DNA from: Paragordius varius
Lineage: Eukaryota > Animalia > Nematomorpha
Direction: 5' to 3'
Length of the DNA: 64,000 nucleotides
Assembly (NCBI GenBank): GCA_964247055.1
Contig: OZ176055.1
Coordinates: 3,534,001 to 3,598,000, forward strand
Position 1 is the first letter of the stretch. The number at the start of each line of letters is the position of its first letter. Positions 1-13,433 of the stretch are shown one piece after another. A program made the translations under genes and the position numbers. The notes beneath the pieces were generated by a model. The model was given only the letters and a program-made list of their open reading frames with translations. It was not told where the DNA came from and made no database searches.

Positions 1-29
1 TGTCAGACCATGAAAAATTATATATTTAG

Positions 30-658
30 GTTTATCAAATAATGGCGGTGGAAATATCAGTTCTAAAAAGCATATATCCACTTCTACAATTATCAATTCT
101 AACGTTATATCCTTGGTGGATAATGAACCCCTTAATGTATCATCATCTAGTAAAAGTTTGCTTGGGACAACAAATAAAACAACTAATCCTCCCCCTTCTG
201 CTCCCATTCCTTGTTTAGATAAACTTTCTAAACTTTTAGCTGCTAAAACTGCTACTGCTGTACGAGTCAACACTAATGTGGCAAGCAATTCTTCTAAAGG
301 AACAATTGTTAAAGTAGGTGGAACTGATGGCGGCAGTCCCTCATCATCATCAATCCTACTACCACCCATCAAAATGACCATAAGTAAGCGAGCAAGTTCA
401 GATGGGTCGTTAAAAGTTGTTTCTTCCGTCATTCAACCCGCAAGTTGTCCTGAGAGTGGGACGACCTCAACTTCAAATTTTGTCACAAATGAGTCTCAAC
501 TAACCGATGAAACAACCAACAATACAAACAACACCAGAATGAAAATTACTAATCAAATGGGTGATAAGGATGAACGGAAAAATTATGAATTGGCTTTGAT
601 TTCTTCGTCTACGGCTCATAGGGCCCACAGTGATGAGGATATTCGCTTTGATAACTAG
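30..658 (+). CDS. Terminal exon of an unidentified gene entering from the left edge; Ser/Thr/Asn-rich low-complexity C-terminus
   Basis: Acceptor tatttag ends at 29. The frame is open from 32 to TAG at 656-658 (extends track ORF 113..658 upstream) and the GC content is coding-like. No recognisable domain. Confidence 0.6.
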
Positions 659-2220
659 ATAATCAATAGAATTTGATCCTTTTTTGTTTTACCAGTACAT
701 CTTGTTTATAGCTTATAAATCATTTATGCATAAATTTTTTATATTTAGCCAATCTCTGTATTCAAATATTTTGTATTTTTTTATTACGCTAGTTTCTCGA
801 ACAATGGTTATGAAAAATGGTCAGAAGTAACAACATTGCGTTCATATATAACTTTTAATTTTAAAATTTTTATACCAGATCTTAATATGGAACCGAAACT
901 TTATCTGCACAGTGCTTTACTGATATTTTTTGCTTTGTTTCCATTCTGAAAATATATTATTATAGGTAGAGTAGAAAGGTGAATATTTCATAAATTTAGA
1001 CATATCAATATTTCTGTAAATACGCATACAGTTCGTTTAAATTATAATCTTACCATTTTTTCTGCATAGTTTAATGTTGAACATATTTAAAATAGTTTTA
1101 CCTTATTAATTTATAATAAAACAGCCCAACCCTCGTGTTGTGAAAAATAAACTAATCACCTAAAACTAAAATCCGATATTATCTTTCGCTCGTAAATCTG
1201 AGGCATAGGTTATAATCTAGCATATATTAAAAATTGTTTCGCGTCAAGCGCTTTTGCATTTATTGCAAGATAATTAGCCTATTTAGGATTTTAAAATTGC
1301 GGGGCCACCTAAAATTAAAATGTAATATAATATTACTTTGGTTTTTATATGAAGCTTGGGATATTTTTTGATGATATTCTTTGAAATTAAGCTAGCTTTC
1401 ACCAAACATTTTAATGAGTATGGGCGCTACTTTTTCGATAAGGAGAAGTTACCACAAAATCTGAATATTTTTTTTAATGATCGTATGTCCCAAAACCAAA
1501 AACCTATATTCCTGAATTCATTATCAGAATGTATTATTCATCAAGATAATTTTTAACCCCCCTCCCCCGATTTTGTGCACTGGATAATTTAATAGATGAA
1601 AGAAAGGAGATGTTGTATAGATTATATGGTTTGAATTACATTACGCAAACTTCATTGCTAGTTGGGTTATATGATTATTTAGCAATATCATTTTTAACAT
1701 ATATTATAGACAAATTTTTCAGTTTAACGTTTTTTTGAACGATATCGGTTAGGATTATATGTCAAAAGATTTAATATAATGTTAACCGGTTTAATCATCG
1801 GGTTCTAATTAAATCGATGATGGGCGAAAAGGATAATTTTAACAAAATGAGATGGTAAAAATCTGCCATTATATTTTAAAAATAGACCAGAAACATTCGT
1901 ATATTGAATTGCGCTGAATGACCAAATTTGGTTGTGCAGCCTTAGGGGTTTAGTTAAAGTTTCTAATAAATTATATTTTTAAATTTTAAAAATACCCTTT
2001 TAAAATTTCTTTGAGCCATAGCTATCAAAAAGTATGGCAGAAAATTATTTCATTAATTTCTAGAAAAAAAATTAAGTTATGTAAACAAATAATTTTAATA
2101 CAAATTAGATCATTGATCTCCATAACACCTTGATTTAAAATAGTCTGGCTATTATTTTTAAAATTTGCTTGCATATTCAATTTTAATTTACTCTAATTTT
2201 AAATGATCTATTTGTAAGAA

Positions 2221-5200
2221 ATGTCATTATCAAATATTTATCTCTTTTTATTATATTTGTGTTATCTATCGAAGCAAACTAGCACAACGGTAACGCAAAA
2301 TATTTTAGGTTATGTGTTACCGAACATGTACGCTGAAAAGTTGATATCTCCCCCTAACTTACCTAACAATACATTGGTAAACAAAACTAGATTTAAAAGA
2401 AATATCCACATCAAGAGTAATGTAATGGACGTAAACTCTACAAAATCTATCAACTTTAGAGAAAACGTTTTAAATCTGCGTACATCATCCCCGCAAAATA
2501 TCTCAACACGACCAAGTCAATCTGCTCTGCCATACAAATTGGTAAAAATTATTTTACCCATAATGCCTGGCACTCCTAACCGTGTCTTGAATCTGAACAG
2601 TTTATCTAGCTTACCACCCGATTCGGTCCGTAAAATTATGGTGTTTACGTTTAAATTGTATAAATCGCCTTTAGTTATTGCGGCCGGTTTTACGACCGAT
2701 ATATACAATGCATCTTTCTTCCGTAAAATTGATGCATGTCTACACCATGGTTGGGTTAAAATCGAAGAAATGATTCTAAAACCGGGTCAACATCAAACGC
2801 TACAAAATATTTTTGGTCGCCAACTCAATATAACGGACCGTGATGATTTCAATCCTCAAAATGAGATTATGCCCGTGTATGAAGTTGTTGTCGAATACCG
2901 AAAGCGCAAAATTGTATACAATATTTTAGATTTAAAAAAATAATAATATAAAGTTGAGAAAAATTTTGGTTAAGCATATCATCTATAATATTTACAATTG
3001 TTATCCTTACGCAATATAAATAATGTACTAAAAGAACTAAGAAGAAATAGAATCAAATATTAGATTTTTTAACCTTTAATATTTGATCGATCAGAAAGCT
3101 TTGTTTGTGGATGCCCTGAATCAATATATGTTAGAACCCTTTTCCAGAGATCATATGCGGCAAACTATACACATAGTTAAAAGGGGACCTAGATCTCGTC
3201 ATTATACCAACCTGAATGCCAACATAAGCCATAAAGATTATCTGATAAACTTGGGTATTTGCCATCATTTCATTTAATATGTTTCCAAAAATATCACTAA
3301 TATCTAATAATTTTAGAGACTATACCTAGAGAATCGCTCAAACATGCTAGACGTTATTTGACTGGGCCTTATGTCATAGAAGGCGTGTTTTATATAACAC
3401 CTAATAATATGGATACACCACTTTACTATTTGCCATTTATTGCGAGCCAAGTTGGTATTTAAAATAACCAAATATGATAATTAACCGCTTAAATGATTGA
3501 CCACATTTGAGTAATTTTATTTGAAAATAGGTGAATTCAGTCTTCCGTCATTTTTCGATTCAAACTAACATGCAATTCCAATTAAAGGGCATAAGGAATT
3601 ACCCAGTAATATTTATATTTATATCTAAATATTTATATAATTTATAAATAAAAAAGCCATTTGTTTTATTTAAATAATAAATGCACACAGCTCGGTTGAC
3701 CAGTTTAAAATGCATTCTATGTGCCCTTGAGGCTTTCTAAAATGCGTCAAAAAACATTTTTATCTCATAAAAATAGTACAAAAATATAAAGTGAATTGGT
3801 TAGACCGGTTTCAATTTTCCTATCGGTTTAACAGAAAAATGCTAGGAAATAATCCTATTAAAATATAAATTAATTTACATTTTTTGCATATTAGTGATGT
3901 CAACTCTTGCACCAAAGCTAAACCCTCTATTTTTTAAAAACGCATAATGCTAAATTGTGAATTTGATAATATGTTTTAATTGTCATTGTTTTAATTTATT
4001 TCTTATCATATTTCATGTAAGGTTAGCTACATTATACCCGATCAGGACAGAGCGACTATTCAAAATTTTATTCATAGTGGATTGGTTGATTATTCTAAAA
4101 TGGATGTTGGGATATTAATTTCAAAGTTATTTTTCATTTTTATTAGACTACGGTTATAAATGAAAAAAAAATTGTGATTTTGTTACTTAAAAATATATTA
4201 TAATTAGTGAAATTTCTCACATTTCTTGGAAAGCAGGTTTTCTATATTTTATCAGCGATTTAAGTTTTGAATCATCATAAATATTCATTATATATAGGGT
4301 ATGCTTATTTATTCGGAATGTGTACCAATTCAAGTTTAGCAGTAAGTTTGGATTGCGGATTCGATACTTACCGTATAATCGGACATGAGATTGGACATTT
4401 GTAAAAATTATTTTTTTTATTCTTTAAAATTATGACATTTTAATTTATATGATATTTGTTGTTTAAAATATTTGGCATCACTGTAAAATTGTTTTATCAA
4501 TATTTAATATGTATATATATATATATATATATACAGATTTTAAGATTCAATAACAGAATCTGCTCTCCTATCGATTTTTTGTAGATAAAGGCGGTTTTAA
4601 TCGCTATGACTTTATAGATAGATAAATAATTGTTTTCAGATTTGGCTGTATTCATGACATGGATAACAGTTGTCGGAGCCCTTCTAAAAGAGGCATAATG
4701 CATTATTCCAGCACCGGCTTTCAAAGAATAATATGGTCACAGTGTTGTACGAATGTGATACATTCATCTCTACGGTAAAGAAATACTTGATTTAATTTCT
4801 TGGATTTAAAATAATTATTTAAATAAAATACAATAAGGCCTAATGGTATTCTTTATTCATCATCTCTTGAATTCACATCATTAATTAAATTACTATTAAA
4901 AGTGCTTAAACTAAAAACTTGGCCGGCCTAATGATTCAAATGTAGGAATACGTTGCTTAATTTTTGCGTCATAAAACTTTTTTTGAAAGGAAATCATATA
5001 ACTTTACGGATAATTAAACAAGGGATCTAAATTTTCTATTCAAAGGATGAGCCTTATTGCACCCAGTTTAATACTCTTTTCTTAAGATACGTGTTTACAT
5101 ACTAAATTAATTTATATACTCAAATTTTTTATATAAGGTCAGGAAAAGCATATTGTTTGGAAAATATACAAAACAATTCCCCAGCTAAACGATTTAATCC

Positions 5201-7213
5201 CTACAATAAAAGGACATTATTTGATAATCAATGTTCGTTAACATATGGCCCGATGTTTTTTGTGGATATAAATGTGTGTAAGCTATGTACTTTTTTTATA
5301 ATTAACCTACATTTTAAATTCCAAAATAATTAAATATTCTAAAAGTATAGGAAATGCATTCAAGTTTAATGAAGATAAACAAACATAAGGTGGCTGCCTT
5401 AAACCTAAAATTAATATTGATTATACACATATTTTTACGATTTTGTCGTAAGCCAAATAAGTTTACATTACACTTTACCTAAAAAAAATTTTGAGATCTA
5501 ATTTAATTCTTTAAAATATTTATATGAGTTTATAAATATATCTAAAGAATTCTACATGTGACATTTTGTTTTGTTCCAACATAACAAACTCATTTTCTCA
5601 TGACTTACCACCCCTAGCCGGGACGTATTGTGATATGGATATGACAAGGCATGAATCAGTACTTACACCTCAAATAACTGGAAATGTAATCAAATTTTAA
5701 GCTTTAAAGCCTTAATGTCAAACTGCTCAAATAGTCGTTAACTTAAAAGCCTAACGCTATGCAAAATATTTACTTTTGTCAACCTTCAAATAGGTTTGTA
5801 TGCATGGAAAATGCATCGCACAAAAAAGAATTCCAGTAAAACAACAAGGAGTTTGGTCTCCGTGGGGCAATTGGCAACCGTGTCAAGGTTTTTGTCCCTT
5901 AGGCTATCAAGCTAGATACAGATTTTGTCAATTCAATGAGTAAACAGCAATATTTGCAGATATATTAAAAAGTTTTTTGGAATTTGGTGGAACAATAGTT
6001 TTAAAAAGAGTTTGTGATTACGGGAACGCTAATCTCTAATTTACATCCATTTAAACTTATAATATTATAAAACATAATGTTATTCTCTTTTACATAAAAG
6101 AGATAATTAGTGTTAATACCGCATTATATTATTTGTACATCGCCAGATATGCTTCAAAAGTTATCATAGCTAAAAACTTCTTAAATTAGGGGACATTTTT
6201 GACTCTTAAATCACTTTTAATTTACCTTTTAAATTATAATTTAACCTTTAGAACTTATTTTTATTTATGTATATAGATTAGGATTAAATGTAGAATATTG
6301 CGTCGGTGATCATGTGGAATATAAAACTTGCCCTCATGTAACAGAATTTGTATTTAACATTTCATCACATTTTCATTTTTAAATCCGGTGGCATTTTGGG
6401 GTAGTTTTCGACCTCAGAGCTTAAATTAGTAAACAAACTACCGTTTTGAAAGTTGTATTATTTAATCAACAATCTCTTCTTATAAATTACATAAAAAACT
6501 AAGAATTTTTACAGTTTTTTTTAACTTCTAGAGTATCAAATTCAAAAAGCCCAAAACACAATTGAAATGCTAATATTAAAATCAGAATCTATGCTGTTAA
6601 ATTGTTATTTGAAAGTTTTCCAAAAGTTATTTATATATTTCAACCATAATATACTTTATTTGCCTGTTATATTCACGATTTAAAATAGTGACAAAAAAAT
6701 TTGATAATAGATTTTTTAAATATTATATTTAAAAAATTTTTCGTATCATGCGCCCAAAGTATGAGAGCATATTTAATTTTGAATTTATATTTTTAGGACA
6801 TTAATATTTTAAATGGCCCTTGGGCATAAAACTACCCCAGAACCTTATGAAGTGTTAATAATTATATAAGAATATAAAATAGATATTTTTATATATATAA
6901 TCTTCATTTGTTAGCAATGTGGCTTATATCAAGCAAATTATCAATCCTGGAATTCATTTTTATGTGGGCAATTTTATCGGGGATCTCTTTATTGTACGTT
7001 TTTTTAGATTTAAAATTATTGAAACTCATTTTTGAAAAGGATTGTTTTGAAGGAAACATACTATGGCATTTTATACTTTTAGATGAATATCCCACCTGTG
7101 ATTTATGGTGCATTAGCAATAATAAATTTTTACTCTTCAATCCTTCCGTTACTGATGGAACCATTATAAATGGCACGGCAGTTTGCGTTGGTGGAACACT
7201 TATAAATTGGTGA
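2221..7213 (+). CDS. ADAMTS-like secreted zinc metalloprotease, multi-exon (signal peptide, prodomain, M12B catalytic domain, disintegrin-like, one TSP1, partial Cys-rich domain)
   Basis: Hydrophobic N-terminus and RFKR furin-like site in exon 1. Spliced GYAYLFGMC...HEIGH|LFGCIHD zinc motif (4384-4400 joined to 4640) and Met-turn GIMHYS. Also CDILFC...PLAGTYC, the TSP1 exon WSPWGNWQPCQGFCPLGYQARYRFC (~5793-5939) and last exon PTCDLWC...VTDGT...CVGG (7083-7213). Several internal junctions are uncertain. Confidence 0.85.
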
Positions 7214-7953
7214 TAGGAGAGTGTTTGTTTTATCTCAAAAATTTTGACTTTAAATATTTTTTGAAATGGATACTACTGCTTAACAAATAAATTAAATTAG
7301 TAATTAATTTTTGAATTGAATGTTGTTACTTTAGTTTTTATAACATGCTATTATTTAAAACAAAACAGAGCGATCATTATATTATATAGAAAATGGATAA
7401 ACTGTACGCTTTTATTGTTGCATGACCGTCAAATATTTTCATGGAAACTAGGATAATGCAAAATAAAAAAGCGCTTTTTACTATTATTTATCATTAAATT
7501 AATAATGCATTCAATAAACTTTCATTTACCAATAGTGAATACAAAAAATACTTTTAAAAATATAGCGGCCTGGTGTTTTAAGTTAAAATCGCTATATACA
7601 TCTACACTATCAATATACATACATCCAAAATATATTTTGAATGTTTAGTCGAGATTTGATTCTGGTATTTAATTAATTTAAATACCCTAAAAACTTTACA
7701 TTATCAAAATAAGTGGTATAATTATCTTTAAAATTATTTTGGTGGATGTATGGTTTTATAAATATATAATCTGTAAAATGGATTACTATCTAAGTATATC
7801 TTTTTTGCTGTTTCATGAAGGAGTTCTCTCATATCAATATATACAGTCAAATTTTTTTGATATATGCGGTTAAAAAATTAATCTGGACGGAATTGTAGTT
7901 TCCAATAACACTACTTACAAATTATATTAAATATTTCCCAGTTTATTTGAGAT

Positions 7954-10900
7954 CTACTTGGTGGAATCATCTAATATTTCGGGAGAAACCACAAAAAGTG
8001 ATTTTTGCAAAAACACTCCAAATTTATCTATATGTATAAAAATGAATAATTAAAATGTCATAATTACCTTAGGTTTTTGCAAAAACTTATATATAAAAAA
8101 ATATTTACCTGTACAAGTTAAACGGTGCCCGGCATGCTTGAAGAGGTAATAAACAGGAAAAGCTGAAATATCCCAAAAAGTGATATATAAATTAAGGCAA
8201 GATACTTAAATATTATGTCACAAAAATATTAACCAAAATCATTTAAATAAAAAGTATCAATACTTAAATTTTAATTATATTAAGGAAACCTGTTGCAAAA
8301 CATATAGCTCCAGTGATGCCAATTTCCTTGGGTTTTGAAACGATTGGCGAGATTATCAGAAATATGCAAACGATGAAGCACAGTATATGCAATGCTATAT
8401 TGAACTGCAATAGTTTAAAAATATTATACATATTTTATTTATAATTATAAATTTATGTATTAAAAATTTAGATTTTACAACGAATTTTTTATTAAGAAAA
8501 ATAAATATGAATTATATTTTTAAAAAAACTTTTATGGGTCTTTCCAAATCTTTTCGTCTAAAGCGAAGTATTATGAGGGCCAGAATGCACATTCCAATAA
8601 AGAAAAAGAAAACGAATGAGAAAAAATATATGAGATTGTCCAAATTCCGTCCAGCCAAATAGAGAAGGGATAAGAAACCCTAAAATTTAAATAAAATTAT
8701 TTATTCAATAATTAATTCAAGGAGATTTTACGGTTTAATTACAGTAAAAATTAAATTATAGGGACAAAACGTAATAATATAAAGACAAAAATTTTTTTTC
8801 AAATGATAACTATACTTTTTCAACCTTAGATTTTCAAAATATAAATAATTGTTTAAAATTGCAATGTATGAAATAGTAAGTAACAGAATCATTTACATAT
8901 TTTTAATTGTAATTAATTTATATGGGAAAAATTTAGATTAAAAAAGTATGGTTGCTTTTTGAAAAAAAATACTTGTCTTTATATTTTTACGTTTTGTCCG
9001 TATAATTTCAATTTTTATTGTAATTTTAACCTCTTATTCTTGTAGAGTAAAGAACTGAATCTAATTTAATCGGATATTCGTAGGTCAATTTACGGATGTC
9101 TTAAATTTTTTTTAAAAAAGGTTAATGTAATTTCGTAAAACATAAAAATATAAAATACCAAAAGGAGAATAGCAGGAACCGGAGTTAATGCGTTAACATG
9201 TATCATAGATAGGATTTGAGGAAGTTGTTTATCTTGAGCACCAATTAATAAAATTCTAATAATCGGATAAAACAATTTAGTTACAAAAAAATATATCATT
9301 TCATTAATAAATCGTATTTGAATATGCAAAAAAAATTATTAACCTTCCTGAGGTAAAAAGGACCCCATTTGCGCTTCCTATGGCTGAGAGAGCTACAAAG
9401 AATGGCATTACATAGGCGAGTCTAACATCGATTTTCAGCGCAAAATCCTACAATTATAAAAAATTTGATAAAATTTTATTAATAATTTTAAATTAAAATA
9501 AATTTTACAAATGCGACAGCCAGAGATGTGGAAATTTCCTGCGGGGATAATACAGCCAAATAAGCTACGTTAACCAACAAATAAATGATTGTAATTATAG
9601 GCATTGCAATCACAATGGTTAAGGGTAAATTTCTAAATTTAAAGTAAAAAATGAAATTATACGGACAAAACGTAAAAATCTAACGACAAATATTTTTTTA
9701 AAAAGACTGCTGTACTTTTTAAACTTTGAATCCTTGTTTCAAATTGCAAAGTATGAAATAATGTATATAGGTAACACAATCAATTATATATTTATAACAC
9801 TGTACAACAAATTCTTCTGCCACTCGAGTTTTCTGATATTTACTATTTTGACAGTAATTAGAACAATTATAATTCTACCTAAGAATTTTTAATCATCTGA
9901 TATTTTATGATTATGCCCCCTTTTCATCAAAATTTTGCTAAAAAATGTTTTTCTTGAAAATAAACAACAAATGCCCCTTTGTAATATATCATATGAAATA
10001 ATAATTTGATTCTACATACTAATATTTACATCGATTATTGGACATCGAAAGCGACAACCGCGAAGCGAGAGATTTTTTCTCAATTAATATATTTTTAAAA
10101 AATGGATGTAAATAATTTAAACTTTATGTTGGCAATGAATGTCTAAAAAAGATAACACAATAAATTTTTTTGGTTAAACACTTATTTGTTTTTATGTCAT
10201 TCAAATCAGCCATTTTTAATTTTTTGTTTTTTGAAAAAATTAAATTATTTTCTTCAGAAGGCATATAATTTTAAAATTTCAAAGACTAGAAATATAATTT
10301 TGGGTGTTTCTATTTCCATTATGTAACAAATTTATAGTTATAACTAGAATTTTAGTAGCCACTAGGTAATACTTACGATAATAATGTTTTTTATTAAAAA
10401 AGCTAACCAAAAGCTTTTTCAAAGATTTTTTTAAATTTTAGCTAATTTAACTAATATTGTTCATATGATTTTTAAATTAATTTGTCTTCAAAATTTTGAC
10501 TTATAAGTCTTTTGTGCTCTTTTAAATGATATAAAATACATGGCCATATATAAAAACTTTTGATTTTGAAAATTTCGAGTTTAATGTTAAATCCGGGCCA
10601 AAAATTTTCCAGAAAAACCCTAATAATAAAAATTCTTAGGTGTTGACCACATACTTTTTATGTACTTTGATTAAATAAATTTTAAATTTACAAAAATAGC
10701 ACTTAAAAAAAGTTAAAAATAGTTGTCTAGTGTAATTGTTAAATAATTTATATAAAAAAATTAAATTAAAAGTACGGTTGCATTTTGATAAAATTATTTG
10801 TCTTTATATTTATATGCTAGTTTAATACCTATTGGGGTTCTTCAACTCCTCCGTTACAAAGTTTAGAAAGTTCCTGCGAAAATGATATTATAAAATAATT

Positions 10901-12496
10901 TGATACAACTTAATTTAATATAAAAAATTATGTTTGAACAGTATTTTACAGTAATTTAATTATTTTAAATAAAGGTAAACATACCATCCAGCAAAAGCAA
11001 ATAATCCAGCATAAAAAGCCAATGATAAATCTTTTCCCGTTTTAGTCCCCTCGAAGGCGTTGTGGAAATATTGGGTATGACCTAAATGATGCACAAAATT
11101 ATAAAAATTTTGCTAAAATAAATTTTTACACTTGTGTATTGGAACCAAAGCTAAGTCATTTATTATTTAATTTTAATGAAAACAATTTAAATCTTGGTTA
11201 ATTCTTTTCATAATTGCTAAAAAATTGACTGCTTCCATATCAAACGTGCAGATTTTATCTAACTCATCATTTAACTTTATTTCATAAAATACTTTTAAAC
11301 ACAAATCTTTTTTATCGATAATTATATAACCTTGAGACATTTTAATGACGCCACATATGATCAAAGCAATGAGCGCTAATAATTTTGCCCCCGTAAAAAT
11401 GTCTTGAATCCGTGTCGCTAATTTCACACTGTAACAATTGATTGCCATCAATAATACTAATCACATCAAATATTATATATATATTTGAGTAAAATATTTT
11501 TGACAAAAAGTAAAAAATATTAGGGATTTTACTTAATCCACTCGCGGCAATAAGTCTTGCGACTTGGTCAGATCGTCTTTCTTGCAGTTCTTTTAGGGCT
11601 TGCAAATCAATTGTGGATGTACTCATAATATTATTTTTGTTGGAATCATATATGTTATTTATATTGCAGGTGGTAGGTTGAGATGATCCATTACTGTTTA
11701 GTGTTAAAGGTGTTTCAAAACGTAAAATTGGTTTCGCCATATAATAACCAAATGATAGTGTCATAATAGCTAGAAGTAACGGTCTCACTACTATAATATT
11801 GATCCAAAGATATACGAAACCCGCTAATCGTCCAAAAGCTACCATAATGTATGCATAATCTCCGCCACTCCGTTTAATAGTTGTCCCTATGTATTAGTAG
11901 AAAAAAATAATGTGTCATATATATTATAATCTATATAAAAAACTTGGAACAAAACAAAAAGTGGATTTCAATCAACGTCAAATGGTTAGAATATCATTAA
12001 AGAACAAGTTGGAACCTAACAATTTAAGAATGATACCAGATTATAAATATTTAAAAATGGAACACAAACCAGGTTGGTTCCAATATTAAAAGTTTTAAAT
12101 AACTCATAAAACAAAGAAATCGATTTTAAGTATTCCGAGCTCCAAGGAATATCTTATTTAAAATAAACAGCTTTTACCTAATTCTGCGAATGAAAGAGCA
12201 CCCAGCATAGAAAATATCCCGGATAGTGCCCAAATCACAAGACTGGCTCCAGGACTGCCCAATTTACTTATTACCTGACCAGGGGTAATAAAAATCCCCG
12301 ATCCAACAATACATCCGACTATGATAGTGACACCATTTAAAAGACTGACACTTTTTTTGAGTGTTACCGCTGATGGTAGAGAAGATACTGATTCGCCCAA
12401 CGGTATCTCTGACAATTCTGAGTTTTCTGTAAGTTTGGATTCTGACACTTTTGAAGTGTAGGAGGAAATATCGGCTGCATTATAAGAACTTTTCAT
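7954..12496 (-). CDS. SLC7 L-type / heteromeric amino-acid transporter light chain (LAT/y+LAT/b0,+AT-like), about 11 exons
   Basis: Spliced peptides LLNGVTIIVGCIVGSGIFITPG, LSFAELG|TTIKRSGGDYAYI, AFYAGLFAFAGW|NFLNFVTEELKNPNR|NLPLTI, SANGVLFTSGR, LTPVPAIL, RRKDLERPIK. Stop TAG at 7954-7956. Paralogue not resolvable. Confidence 0.92.
8742..9020. mobile_element. MITE family A (TA|CAGTAAAAA...; ~70-bp TIRs), Tc1/mariner-pogo-like, in an SLC7 intron
   Basis: Left arm cagtaaaaattaaattatagggacaaaacgtaa...aactatacttttt is inverted at the right arm aaaaagtatggttgc...ttacgttttgtccgtataatttcaatttttattg; flanked by TA. Confidence 0.8.
9643..10812. mobile_element. Family A MITE arms separated by ~1 kb (probable insertion into a MITE)
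   Basis: Left arm aaaaatgaaattatacggacaaaacgtaaaaat at ~9648; right-arm-like aaaagtacggttgcattttgataaaattatttgtctttatattt at ~10769. Confidence 0.5.
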
Positions 12497-13433
12497 GTTA
12501 TCGAATTTGGCGTGTGTGTATAAAGAATGGAATTAAGAATTTAAATAAAGGATAAGTATTTGATTGATCATTAAATATATGATGAATTTGGTTATTGATT
12601 ATCATTGCATACTTATATATAGATGATGTGGATTTTGAAAAATGATAAATTAAAAAATAATGTATTTAATGATGAAATATGAATTGATAAATTATGCATG
12701 TCTATTAAGGATAGATAAATAGATGTAACGCCGTAAGGCGAATATTTTGTGCCTACAAAATAATTAATGTAAGAGGATAAAAATGAGATGGCTAAATAGT
12801 AATGAACACAAAATACCCTATTTGTTTTATATTTCTTTACATTAATAACACCAAACTAACTAAGTATCAATTTAATAGTTCGATGTTTAAGGATTTCAAT
12901 AAATAATTTGAAAATATTCATATAATATTTGCATATTTATAATTTTTTATCGTTCTTTTTATTGTTTTCAAATTGAAAATAAATAAATAAAACTAAAAAA
13001 AATATAAAATAAAAAACACTTTAAAAATAAAATCACAACTAGTTTCGCTTTTAGAATCTAAAAAACAAATGCTTAATTGGGGATTTTTACATAGTAAATT
13101 AGTATACAGTAACAAGAGCTATTATTGGTTAACTCAGTACTTTGATTGGCTAAAAAGGTATAAAATTTATATTCCGGTCGCCATATATGAAATTTATCGT
13201 TTTATTACTTTCATACATATTTTAGTTTTTAAGCCACAATTTTCAAATATGTAACTAAAAAATTAAAAAAATCCTATAGGGGCTAACAGATGTATAAATT
13301 AAATGCTCATTTAGCCAATTTTGTATACCAATAATAGCTTTCGTATAGTCTATTCGACACTGTGCTATTTGCGCTTAATTTAATTAATTTAAACCAAATC
13401 AAACTGAATGTTTATATATACCATTTTGAAGTG

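Noticed and set aside
4126-4207. Possible 6-nt micro-exon (4147-4152) after a 21-nt GT-AG unit, and a 19-nt GT-AG unit at 4237-4255
   Set aside because: Direct splicing 4126-4207 is equally in frame, and using the 19-nt unit gives a stop. Not decidable without RNA, so these were not counted among the tiny introns.
4290-4330. Apparent frameshift just upstream of the ADAMTS zinc motif
   Set aside because: Re-reading gives g|gg tat gct tat tta ttc gga atg tgt (GYAYLFGMC) in frame after the 29-nt exon 4208-4236; no frameshift is needed.
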